A DNA stretch of 64,000 bases, from the NCBI GenBank assembly GCA_002189035.1, contig NEEC01000032.1:27364-91363 (forward strand), written 5' to 3'. Below, in pieces: positions 52,601 through 64,000 of this stretch; positions within the stretch are counted from its first letter, which is position 1, and each line of letters opens with the position of its first letter. The notes under the pieces are model-generated. The model was not told the origin of the DNA and made no database searches. It was given only the letters and a program-made list of their open reading frames with translations. The stretch is from Utricularia gibba. Lineage: Eukaryota > Plantae > Magnoliophyta. The translations under genes and the position numbers were made by a program.

Positions 52601-55600
52601 CAGTGTGCTATGAAGAGCAAGGATCTGCATGTTATGCAAGAGGTGCTTCGCGGACCAGGATGTGCGACATAGTCATTTCATTGCGCATCATCATTCGGGG
52701 TGCATCCTAAAAATCACACGTGCACGGATTCATTAAAAATAAATATTTACGCATATCCAGATTATATAACAGTGTTGGGATAAGTGATGCACGAAATTCA
52801 TGATGTAGCATGTGACTTTTTTCCAACTTGATCGCATAGTAGATGAATCTGACACCATATGTTTTGGCTTTGATTGATGCATTTAGTTGCTATGATACTT
52901 CTGATTCTTGATGCACCATTCCCGTATACCATGTCTCTAGTGGCTATTTGATTCTTTGCTTGTATGTTGTTCGCATCAATTTCGAGAACATGAAGCACAT
53001 TATTAAATGCAGTCACCACGGAATGCCACGTGAGACACTTTTCGTTGTGGCTTGTTTTTAATATGTCCACAGTTATCGGACAAACGTAACTCCAAATTAT
53101 AATACTTGGAGCTCGAAAGGGCTTCCCAACAGTGTGCTATGAAGAGCAAGGATCTGCATGTTATGCAAGAGGTGCTTCGCGGACCAGGATGTGCGACGTA
53201 GTCATTTCATTGCGCATCATCATTCGGGGTGCATCCTAAAAATCACACGTGCACGGATTCATTAAAAATAAATATTTACGCATATCCAGAGTATATAACA
53301 GTGTTGGGATAAGTGATGCCACGAAATTCATGATGTAGCATGTGACTTTTTTCCAACTTGATCGCATAGTAGATGAATTCTGACACCATATGTTTTGGCT
53401 TTTGATTGATGCATTTAGTTGCTATGATACTTCTGATTCTTGATGCACCATTCCCGTATACCATGTCTCTAGTGGCTATTTGATTCTTTTGCCTTGTATG
53501 TTGTTCGCATCAATTTCGAGAACATGAAGCACATTATTAAATGCAGTCACCACGGAATGCCACGTGAGACACTTTTCGTTGTGGCTTGTTTTTAATATGT
53601 CCACAGTTATCGGACAAACGTAACTCCAAATTATAATACTTGGAGCTCGAAAAGGGCTTCCCAACAGTGTGCTATGAAGAGCAAGGATCTGCATGTTATG
53701 CAAGAGGTGCTTCGCGGACCAGGATGTGCGACGTAGTCATTTCATTGCGCATCATCATTCGGGGTGCATCCTAAAAATCACACGTGCACGGATTCATTAA
53801 AAATAAATATTTACGCATATCCAGAGTGTATAACAGTGTTGGGATAAGTGATGCCACGAAATTCATGATGTAGCATGTGACTTTTTTCCAACTTGATCGC
53901 ATAGTAGATGAATTCTGACACCATATGTTTTGGCTTTTGATTGATGCATTTAGTTGCTATGATACTTCTGATTCTTGATGCACCATTCCCGTATACCATG
54001 TCTCTAGTGGCTATTTGATTCTTTTGCCTTGTATGTTGTTCGCATCAATTTCGAGAACATGAAGCACATTATTAAATGCAGTCACCACGGAATGCCACGT
54101 GAGACACTTTTCGTTGTGGCTTGTTTTTAATATGTCCACAGTTATCGGACAAACGTAACTCCAAATTATAATACTTGGAGCTCGAAAAGGGCTTCCCAAC
54201 AGTGTGCTATGAAGAGCAAGGATCTGCATGTTATGCAAGAGGTGCTTCGCGGACCAGGATGTGCGACGTAGTCATTTCATTGCGCATCATCATTCGGGGT
54301 GCATCCTAAAAATCACACGTGCACGGGATTCATTAAAAATAAATATTTACGCATATCCAGAGTGTATAACAGTGTTGGGATAAGTGATGCCACGAAATTC
54401 ATGATGTAGCATGTGACTTTTTTCCAACTTGATCGCATAGTAGATGAATTCTGACACCATATGTTTTGGCTTTTGATTGATGCATTTAGTTGCTATGATA
54501 CTTCTGATTCTTGATGCACCATTCCCGTATACCATGTCTCTAGTGGCTATTTGATTCTTTTGCTTGTATGTTGTTCGCATCAATTTCGAGAACATGAAGC
54601 ACATTATTAAATGCAGTCACCACGGAATGCCACGTGAGACACTTTTCGTTGTGGCTTGTTTTTAATATGTCCACAGTTATCGGACAAACGTAACTCCAAA
54701 TTATAATACTTGGAGCTCGAAGGGCTTCCCAACAGTGTGCTATGAAGAGCAAGGATCTGCATGTTATGCAAGAGGTGCTTCGCGGACCAGGATGTGCGAC
54801 GTAGTCATTTCATTGCGCATCATCATTCGGGGTGCATCCTAAAAATCACACGTGCACGGATTCATTAAAAATAAATATTTACGCATATCCAGATTATATA
54901 ACAGTGTTGGGATAAGTGATGCCACGAAATTCATGATGTAGCATGTGACTTTTTTCCAACTTGATCGCATAGTAGATGAATCTGACACCATATGTTTTGG
55001 CTTTTGATTGATGCATTTAGTTGCTATGATACTTCTGATTCTTGATGCACCATTCCCGTATACCATGTCTCTAGTGGCTATTTGATTCTTTTGCCTTGTA
55101 TGTTGTTCGCATCATTTCGAGAACATGAAGCACATTATTAAATGCAGTCACCACGGAATGCCACGTGAGACACTTTTCGTTGTGGCTTGTTTTTAATATG
55201 TCCACAGTTATCGGACAAACGTAACTCCAAATTATAATACTTGGAGCTCGAAAGGGCTTCCAACAGTGTGCTATGAAGAGCAAGGATCTGCATGTTATGC
55301 AAGAGGTGCTTCGCGGACCAGGATGTGCGACGTAGTCATTTCATTGCGCATCATCATTCGGGGTGCATCCTAAAAATCACACGTGCACGGATTCATTAAA
55401 AATAAATATTTACGCATATCCAGAGTGTATAACAGTGTTGGGATAAGTGATGCCACGAAATTCATGATGTAGCATGTGACTTTTTTCCAACTTGATCGCA
55501 TAGTAGATGAATTCTGACACCATATGTTTTGGCTTTTGATTGATGCATTTAGTTGCTATGATACTTCTGATTCTTGATGCACCATTCCCGTATACCATGT

Positions 55601-58600
55601 CTCTAGTGGCTATTTGATTCTTTTGCCTTGTATGTTGTTCGCATCAATTTCGAGAACATGAAGCACATTATTAAATGCAGTCACCACGGAATGCCACGTG
55701 AGACACTTTTCGTTGTGGCTTGTTTTTAATATGTCCACAGTTATCGGACAAACGTAACTCCAAATTATAATACTTGGAGCTCGAAAGGGCTTCCCAACAG
55801 TGTGCTATGAAGAGCAAGGATCTGCATGTTATGCAAGAGGTGCTTCGCGGACCAGGATGTGCGACGTAGTCATTTCATTGCGCATCATCATTCGGGGTGC
55901 ATCCTAAAAATCACACGTGCACGGGATTCATTAAAAATAAATATTTACGCATATCCAGAGTGTATAACAGTGTTGGGATAAGTGATGCCACGAAATTCAT
56001 GATGTAGCATGTGACTTTTTTCCAACTTGATCGCATAGTAGATGAATTCTGACACCATATGTTTTGGCTTTGATTGATGCATTTAGTTGCTATGATACTT
56101 CTGATTCTTGATGCACCATTCCCGTATACCATGTCTCTAGTGGCTATTTGATTCTTTTGCCTTGTATGTTGTTCGCATCAATTTCGAGAACATGAAGCAC
56201 ATTATTAAATGCAGTCACCACGGAATGCCGTGAGACACTTTTCGTTGTGGCTTGTTTTTAATATGTCCACAGTTATCGGACAAACGTAACTCCAAATTAT
56301 AATACTTGGAGCTCGAAAAGGGCTTCCCAACAGTGTGCTATGAAGAGCAAGGATCTGCATGTTATGCAAGAGGTGCTTCGCGGACCAGGATGTGCGACGT
56401 AGTCATTTCATTGCGCATCATCATTCGGGGCATCTAAAAATCACACGTGCACGGGATTCATTAAAAATAAATATTTACGCATATCCATATAACAGTGTTG
56501 GGATAAGTGATGCCACGAAATTCATGATGTAGCATGTGACTTTTTTCCAACTTGATCGCATAGTAGATGAATTGACACCATATGTTTTGGCTTTTGATTG
56601 ATGCATTTAGTTGCTATGATACTTCTGATTCTTGATGCACCATTCCCGTATACCATGTCTCTAGTGGCTATTTGATTCTTTTGCCTTGTATGTTGTTCGC
56701 ATCAATTTCGAGAACATGAAGCACATTATTAAATGCAGTCACCACGGAATGCCACGTGAGACACTTTTCGTTGTGGCTTGTTTTTAATATGTCCACAGTT
56801 ATCGGACAAACGTAACTCCAAATTATAATACTTGGAGCTCGAAAAGGGCTTCCCAACAGTGTGCTATGAAGAGCAAGGATCTGCATGTTATGCAAGAGGT
56901 GCTTCGCGGACCAGGATGTGCGACGTAGTCATTTCATTGCGCATCATCATTCGGGGTGCATCCTAAAAATCACACGTGCACGGATTCATTAAAAATAAAT
57001 ATTTACGCATATCCAGAGTATATAACAGTGTTGGGATAAGTGATGCCACGAAATTCATGATGTAGCATGTGACTTTTTTCCAACTTGATCGCATAGTAGA
57101 TGAATTCTGACACCATATGTTTTGGCTTTTGATTGATGCATTTAGTTGCTATGATACTTCTGATTCTTGATGCACCATTCCCGTATACCATGTCTCTAGT
57201 GGCTATTTGATTCTTTTGCCTTGTATGTTGTTCGCATCAATTTCGAGAACATGAAGCACATTATTAAATGCAGTCACCACGAATGCCACGTGAGACACTT
57301 TTCGTTGTGGCTTGTTTTTAATATGTCCACAGTTATCGGACAAACGTAACTCCAAATTATAATACTTGGAGCTCGAAAAGGGCTTCCAACAGTGTGCTAT
57401 GAAGAGCAAGGATCTGCATGTTATGCAAGAGGTGCTTCGCGGACCAGGATGTGCGACGTAGTCATTTCATTGCGCATCATCATTCGGGGTGCATCCTAAA
57501 AATCACACGTGCACGGATTCATTAAAAATAAATATTTACGCATATCCAGATTATAAGTGTTGGGATAAGTGATGCCACGAAATTCATGATGTAGCATGTG
57601 ACTTTTTTCCAACTTGATCGCATAGTAGATGAATTCTGACACCATATGTTTTGGCTTTTGATTGATGCATTTAGTTGCTATGATACTTCTGATTCTTGAT
57701 GCACCATTCCCGTATACCATGTCTCTAGTGGCTATTTGATTCTTTTGCCTTGTATGTTGTTCGCATCAATTTCGAGAACATGAAGCACATTATTAAATGC
57801 AGTCACCACGGAATGCCACGTGAGACACTTTTCGTTGTGGCTTTTTAATATGTCCACAGTTATCGGACAAACGTAACTCCAAATTATAATACTTGGAGCT
57901 CGAAAAGGGCTTCCCAACAGTGTGCTATGAAGAGCAAGGATCTGCATGTTATGCAAGAGGTGCTTCGCGGACCAGGATGTGCGACGTAGTCATTTCATTG
58001 CGCATCATCATTCGGGGTGCATCCTAAAAATCACACGTGCACGGGATTCATTAAAAATAAATATTTACGCATATCCAGAGTATAACAGTGTTGGGATAAG
58101 TGATGCCAAATTCATGATGTAGCATGTGACTTTTTTCCAACTTGATCGCATAGTAGATGAATTCTGACACCATATGTTTTGGCTTTTGATTGATGCATTT
58201 AGTTGCTATGATACTTCTGATTCTTGATGCACCATTCCCGTATACCATGTCTCTAGTGGCTATTTGATTCTTTTGCCTTGTATGTTGTTCGCATCAATTT
58301 CGAGAACATGAAGCACATTATTAAATGCAGTCACCACGGAATGCCACGTGAGACACTTTTCGTTGTGGCTTGTTTTTAATATGTCCACAGTTATCGGACA
58401 AACGTAACTCCAAATTATAATACTTGGAGCTCGAAAGGGCTCCCAACAGTGTGCTATGAAGAGCAAGGATCTGCATGTTATGCAAGAGGTGCTTCGCGGA
58501 CCAGGATGTGCGACGTAGTCATTTCATTGCGCATCATCATTCGGGGTGCATCCTAAAAATCACACGTGCACGGGATTCATTAAAAATAAATATTTACGCA

Positions 58601-61600
58601 TATCCAGAGTGTATAACAGTGTTGGGATAAGTGATGCCACGAAATTCATGATGTAGCATGTGACTTTTTTCCAACTTGATCGCATAGTAGATGAATTCTG
58701 ACACCATATGTTTTGGCTTTTGATTGATGCATTTAGTTGCTATGATACTTCTGATTCTTGATGCACCATTCCCGTATACCATGTCTCTAGTGGCTATTTG
58801 ATTTTTTGCCTTGTATGTTGTTCGCATCAATTTCGAGAACATGAAGCACATTATTAAATGCAGTCACCACGGAATGCCACGTGAGACACTTTTCGTTGTG
58901 GCTTGTTTTTAATATGTCCACAGTTATCGGACAAACGTAACTCCAAATTATAATACTTGGAGCTCGAAAAGGGTGAAGAGCAAGGATCTGCATGTTATGC
59001 AAGAGGTGCTTCGCGGACCAGGATGTGCGACGTAGTCATTTCATTGCGCATCATCATTCGGGTGCATCCTAAAAATCACACGTGCACGGGATTCATTAAA
59101 AATAAATATTTACGCATATCCAGAGTTATAACAGTGTTGGGATAAGTGATGCCACGAAATTCATGATGTAGCATGTGACTTTTTTCCAACTTGATCGCAT
59201 AGTAGATGAATTCTGACACCATATGTTTTGGCTTTGATTGATGCATTTAGTTGCTATGATACTTCTGATTCTTGATGCACCATTCCCGTATACCATGTCT
59301 CTAGTGGCTATTTGATTCTTTTGCCTTGTATGTTGTTCGCATCAATTTCGAGAACATGAAGCACATTATTAAATGCAGTCACCACGGAATGCCACGTGAG
59401 ACACTTTTCGTTGTGGCTTGTTTTAATATGTCCACAGTTATCGGACAAACGTAACTCCAAATTATAATACTTGGAGCTCGAAAAGGGCTTCCCAACAGTG
59501 TGCTATGAAAGCAAGGATCTGCATGTTATGCATGCTTCGCGGACCAGGATGTGCGACGTAGTCATTTCATTGCGCATCATCATTCGGGGTGCATCCTAAA
59601 AATCACACGTGCACGGGATTCATTAAAAATAAATATTTACGCATATCCAGAGTGTATAACAGTGTTGGGATAAGTGATGCCACGAAATTCATGATGTAGC
59701 ATGTGACTTTTTTCCAACTTGATCGCATAGTAGATGAATCTGACACCATATGTTTGGCTTTGATTGATGCATTTAGTTGCTATGATACTTCTGATTCTTG
59801 ATGCACCATTCCCGTATACCATGTCTCTAGTGGCTATTTGATTCTTTTGCCTTGTATGTTGTTCGCATCAATTTCGAGAACATGAAGCACATTATTAAAT
59901 GCAGTCACCACGGAATGCCACGTGAGACACTTTTCGTTGTGGCTTTTTTTAATATGTCCACAGTTATCGGACAAACGTAACTCCAAATTATAATACTTGG
60001 AGCTCGAAAAGGGCTTCCCAACAGTGTGCTATGAAGAGCAAGGATCTGCATGTTATGCAAGAGGTGCTTCGCGGACCAGGATGTGCGACGTAGTCATTTC
60101 ATTGCGCATCATCATTCGGGGTGCATCCTAAAAATCACACGTGCACGGGATTCATTAAAAATAAATATTTACGCATATCCAGAGTGTATAACAGTGTTGG
60201 GATAAGTGATGCCACGAAATTCATGATGTAGCATGTGACTTTTTTCCAACTTGATCGCATAGTAGATGAATTCTGACACCATATGTTTTGGCTTTTGATT
60301 GATGCATTTAGTTGCTATGATACTTCTGATTCTTGATGCACCATTCCCGTATACCATGTCTCTAGTGGCTATTTGATTCTTTTGCCTTGTATGTTGTTCG
60401 CATCAATTTCGAGAACATGAAGCACATTATTAAATGCAGTCACCACGGAATGCCACGTGAGACACTTTTCGTTGTGGCTTGTTTTTAATATGTCCACAGT
60501 TATCGGACAAACGTAACTCCAAATTATAATACTTGGAGCTCGAAAAGGGCTTCCAACAGTGTGCTATGAAGAGCAAGGATCTGCATGTTATGCAGAGGTG
60601 CTTCGCGGACCAGGATGTGCGACGTAGTCATTTCATTGCGCATCATCATTCGGGGTGCATCCTAAAAATCACACGTGCACGGGATTCATTAAAAATAAAT
60701 ATTTACGCATATCCAGAGTGTATAACAGTGTTGGGATAAGTGATGCCACGAAATTCATGATGTAGCATGTGACTTTTTTCCAACTTGATCGCATAGTAGA
60801 TGAATTCTGACACCATATTTTTGGCTTTTGATTGATGCATTTAGTTGCTATGATACTTCTGATTCTTGATGCACCATTCCCGTATACCATGTCTCTAGTG
60901 GCTATTTGATTCTTTTGCCTTGTATGTTGTTCGCATCAATTTCGAGAACATGAAGCACATTATTAAATGCAGTCACCACGGAATGCCACGTGAGACACTT
61001 AATAACAGTAACATATTTATAATACTTGGAGCATATCCAGGAGCATGTATAACAGTGTGCGACGTGTCATTTCATTGCGCATCATCATTCGGGTGCATCC
61101 TAAAAATCACACGTGCACGGGATTCATTAAAAATAAATATTTACGCATATCCAGAGTGTATAACAGTGTTGGGATAAGTGATGCCACGAAATTCATGATG
61201 TAGCATGTGACTTTTTTCCAACTTGATCGCATAGTAGATGAATTCTGACACCATATGTTTTGGCTTTGATTGATGCATTTAGTTGCTATGATACTTCTGA
61301 TTCTTGATGCACCATTCCCGTATACCATGTCTCTAGTGGCTATTTGATTCTTTTGCCTTGTATGTTGTTCGCATCAATTTCGAGAACATGAAGCACATTA
61401 TTAAATGCAGTCACCACGGAATGCCACGTGAGACACTTTTCGTTGTGGCTTTTTTTAATATGTCCACAGTTATCGGACAAACGTAACTCCAAATTATAAT
61501 ACTTGGAGCTCGAAAAGGGCTTCCCAACAGTGTGCTATGAAGAGCAAGGATCTGCATGTTATGCAAGAGGTGCTTCGCGGACCAGGATGTGCGACGTAGT

Positions 61601-64000
61601 CATTTCATTGCGCATCATCATTCGGGGTGCATCCTAAAAATCACACGTGCACGGGATTCATTAAAAATAAATATTTACGCATATCCAGAGTGTATAACAG
61701 TGTTGGGATAAGTGATGCCACGAAATTCATGATGTAGCATGTGACTTTTTTCCAACTTGATCGCATAGTAGATGAATTCTGACACCATATGTTTTGGCTT
61801 TTGATTGATGCATTTAGTTGCTATGATACTTCTGATTCTTGATGCACCATTCCCGTATACCATGTCTCTAGTGGCTATTTGATTCTTTTGCCTTGTATGT
61901 TGTTCGCATCAATTTCGAGAACATGAAGCACATTATTAAATGCAGTCACCACGGAATGCCACGTGAGACACTTTTCGTTGTGGCTTGTTTTTAATATGTC
62001 CACAGTTATCGGACAAACGTAACTCCAAATTATAATACTTGGAGCTCGAAAAGGGCTTCCCAACAGTGTGCTATGAAGAGCAAGGATCTGCATGTTATGC
62101 AAGAGGTGCTTCGCGGACCAGGATGTGCGACGTAGTCATTTCATTGCGCATCATCATTCGGGGTGCATCCTAAAAATCACACGTGCACGGGATTCATTAA
62201 AAATAAATATTTACGCATATCCAGAGTGTATAACAGTGTTGGGATAAGTGATGCCACGAAATTCATGATGTAGCATGTGACTTTTTTCCAACTTGATCGC
62301 ATAGTAGATGAATTCTGACACCATATGTTTTGGCTTTTGATTGATGCATTTAGTTGCTATGATACTTCTGATTCTTGATGCACCATTCCCGTATACCATG
62401 TCTCTAGTGGCTATTTGATTCTTTTGCCTTGTATGTTGTTCGCATCAATTTCGAGAACATGAAGCACATTATTAAATGCAGTCACCACGGAATGCCACGT
62501 GAGACACTTTTCGTTGTGGCTTTTTTTAATATGTCCACAGTTATCGGACAAACGTAACTCCAAATTATAATACTTGGAGCTCGAAAAGGGCTTCCCAACA
62601 CTGTGCTATGAAGAGCAAGGATCTGCATGTTATGCAAGAGGTGCTTCGCGGACCAGGATGTGCGACGTAGTCATTTCATTGCGCATCATCATTCGGGGTG
62701 CATCCTAAAAATCACACGTGCACGGATTCATTAAAAATAAATATTTACGCATATCCAGAGTGTATAACAGTGTTGGGATAAGTGATGCCACGAAATTCAT
62801 GATGTAGCATGTGACTTTTTTCCAACTTTGATCGCATAGTAGATGAATTCTGACACCATATGTTTTGGCTTTTGATTGATCATTTAGTTGCTATGATACT
62901 TCTGATTCTTGATGCACCATTCCCGTATACCATGTCTCTAGTGGCTATTTGATTCTTTTGCCTTGTATGTTGTTCGCATCAATTTCGAGAACATGAAGCA
63001 CATTATTAAATGCAGTCACCACGGAATGCCACGTGATTCATTAAAAATAAATATTTACGCATATCCAGAGTATATAACAGTGTTGGGATAAGTGATGCCA
63101 CGAAATTCATGATGTAGCATGTGACTTTTTTCCAACTTGATCGCATAGTAGATGAATTCTGACACCATATGTTTGGCTTTTGATTGATGCATTTAGTTGC
63201 TATGATACTTCTGATTCTTGATGCACCATTCCCGTATACCATGTCTCTAGTGGCTATTTGATTCTTTTGCCTTGTATGTTGTTCGCATCAATTTCGAGAA
63301 CATGAAGCACATTATTAAATGCAGTCACCACGGAATGCCACGTGAGACACTTTCGTTGTGGCTTTTTTAATATGTCCACAGTTATCGGACAAACGTAACT
63401 CCAAATTATAATACTTGGAGCTCGAAAAGGGCTTCCCAACACTGTGCTATGAAGAGCAAGGATCTGCATGTTATGCAAGAGGTGCTTCGCGGACCAGGAT
63501 GTGCGACGTAGTCATTTCATTGCGCATCATCATTCGGGGTGCATCCTAAAAATCACACGTGCACGGGATTCATTAAAAAATAAATATTTACGCATATCCA
63601 GAGTGTATAACAGTGTTGGGATAAGTGATGCGAAATTCATGATGTAGCATGTGACTTTTTTCCAACTTGATCGCATAGTAGATGAATTCTGACACCATAT
63701 GTTTTGGCTTTTGATTGATGCATTTAGTTGCTATGATACTTCTGATTCTTGATGCACCATTCCCGTTACCATGTCTCTAGTGGCTATTTGTTTTTTGCCT
63801 TGTATGTTTCGCATCAATTTCGAGAACATGAAGCACATTATTAAATGCAGCACCACGAATGCCACGTGAGACACTTTTCGTTGTGGCTTTTTTATATGTC
63901 CACAGTTATCGGACAAACGTAACTCCAAATTATAATACTTGGAGCTCGAAAAGGGCTTCCCAACACTGTGCTATGAAGAGCAAGGATCTGCATGTTATGC

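Larger units (their letters stand above)
7285..64000. repeat. Tandem satellite array 2, 536-bp consensus monomer, roughly 105 head-to-tail copies in one orientation, runs off the right edge
   Basis: The monomer GTGCATCCTAAAAATCACACGTGCACGGG...GCGCATCATCATTCGGG starts at 7285 and repeats throughout (for example at 39166, 39702, ...46670). Identical incidental ORFs recur every 535-536 bp. The consensus carries one EcoRI and one SacI site per monomer. Confidence 0.99.

Noticed and set aside
60990-61075. Short scrambled stretch as a distinct insertion
   Set aside because: It consists of shuffled consensus words with net sequence loss and resembles the other probable consensus artefacts.
7333-63928. 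Dozens of repeated 60-75 aa ORFs (MVYGNGASRIRS..., MHNMQILALHST...) as a tandem gene array
   Set aside because: They are incidental frames of the satellite. They have no recognisable domain, are freely broken by 1-bp indels between copies, and 536 is not a multiple of 3, so no frame continues across monomers.
7285-64000. CRISPR array or other prokaryotic repeat system
   Set aside because: There are no unique spacers between repeats, no cas genes, the unit is far too long, and the context is a plant retrotransposon.
7285-64000. 5S rDNA array (short matches ATGCGATCA, TGCACCGGAT, TGCACCCC)
   Set aside because: The matches are only 8-10 bp, lie on different strands and are not collinear. No 120-bp 5S gene or internal control boxes are present.

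Overview
This is plant-type heterochromatic DNA with no intact protein-coding gene, RNA gene or CRISPR array. It has three parts. (1) 1-1584 is the right end of a tandem satellite with a ~315-bp full monomer. (2) 1585-7284 is a non-tandem island. It holds a heavily decayed, 3'-truncated Ty3/gypsy LTR retrotransposon on the minus strand (probable LTR, PBS, gag, zinc knuckle, protease, RT, RNase H, integrase N-terminus). Its motifs look like the centromeric chromovirus (CRM) clade, and it is flanked by unassigned and AT-rich sequence. (3) 7285-64000 is roughly 105 head-to-tail copies of an unrelated 536-bp satellite that runs off the window. The large array is internally structured: a real higher-order repeat near its left edge, a zone where deletions fall on the polymorphic sites (probably collapsed assembly), several scrambled patches, and a core of 14 apparently identical monomers. 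Nearly all ORFs in the supplied track are incidental frames of the satellites. I found no evidence of a new protein-based system. The interest lies in satellite architecture and a possible (peri)centromeric boundary. Family assignments come from motif recall, not database searches.
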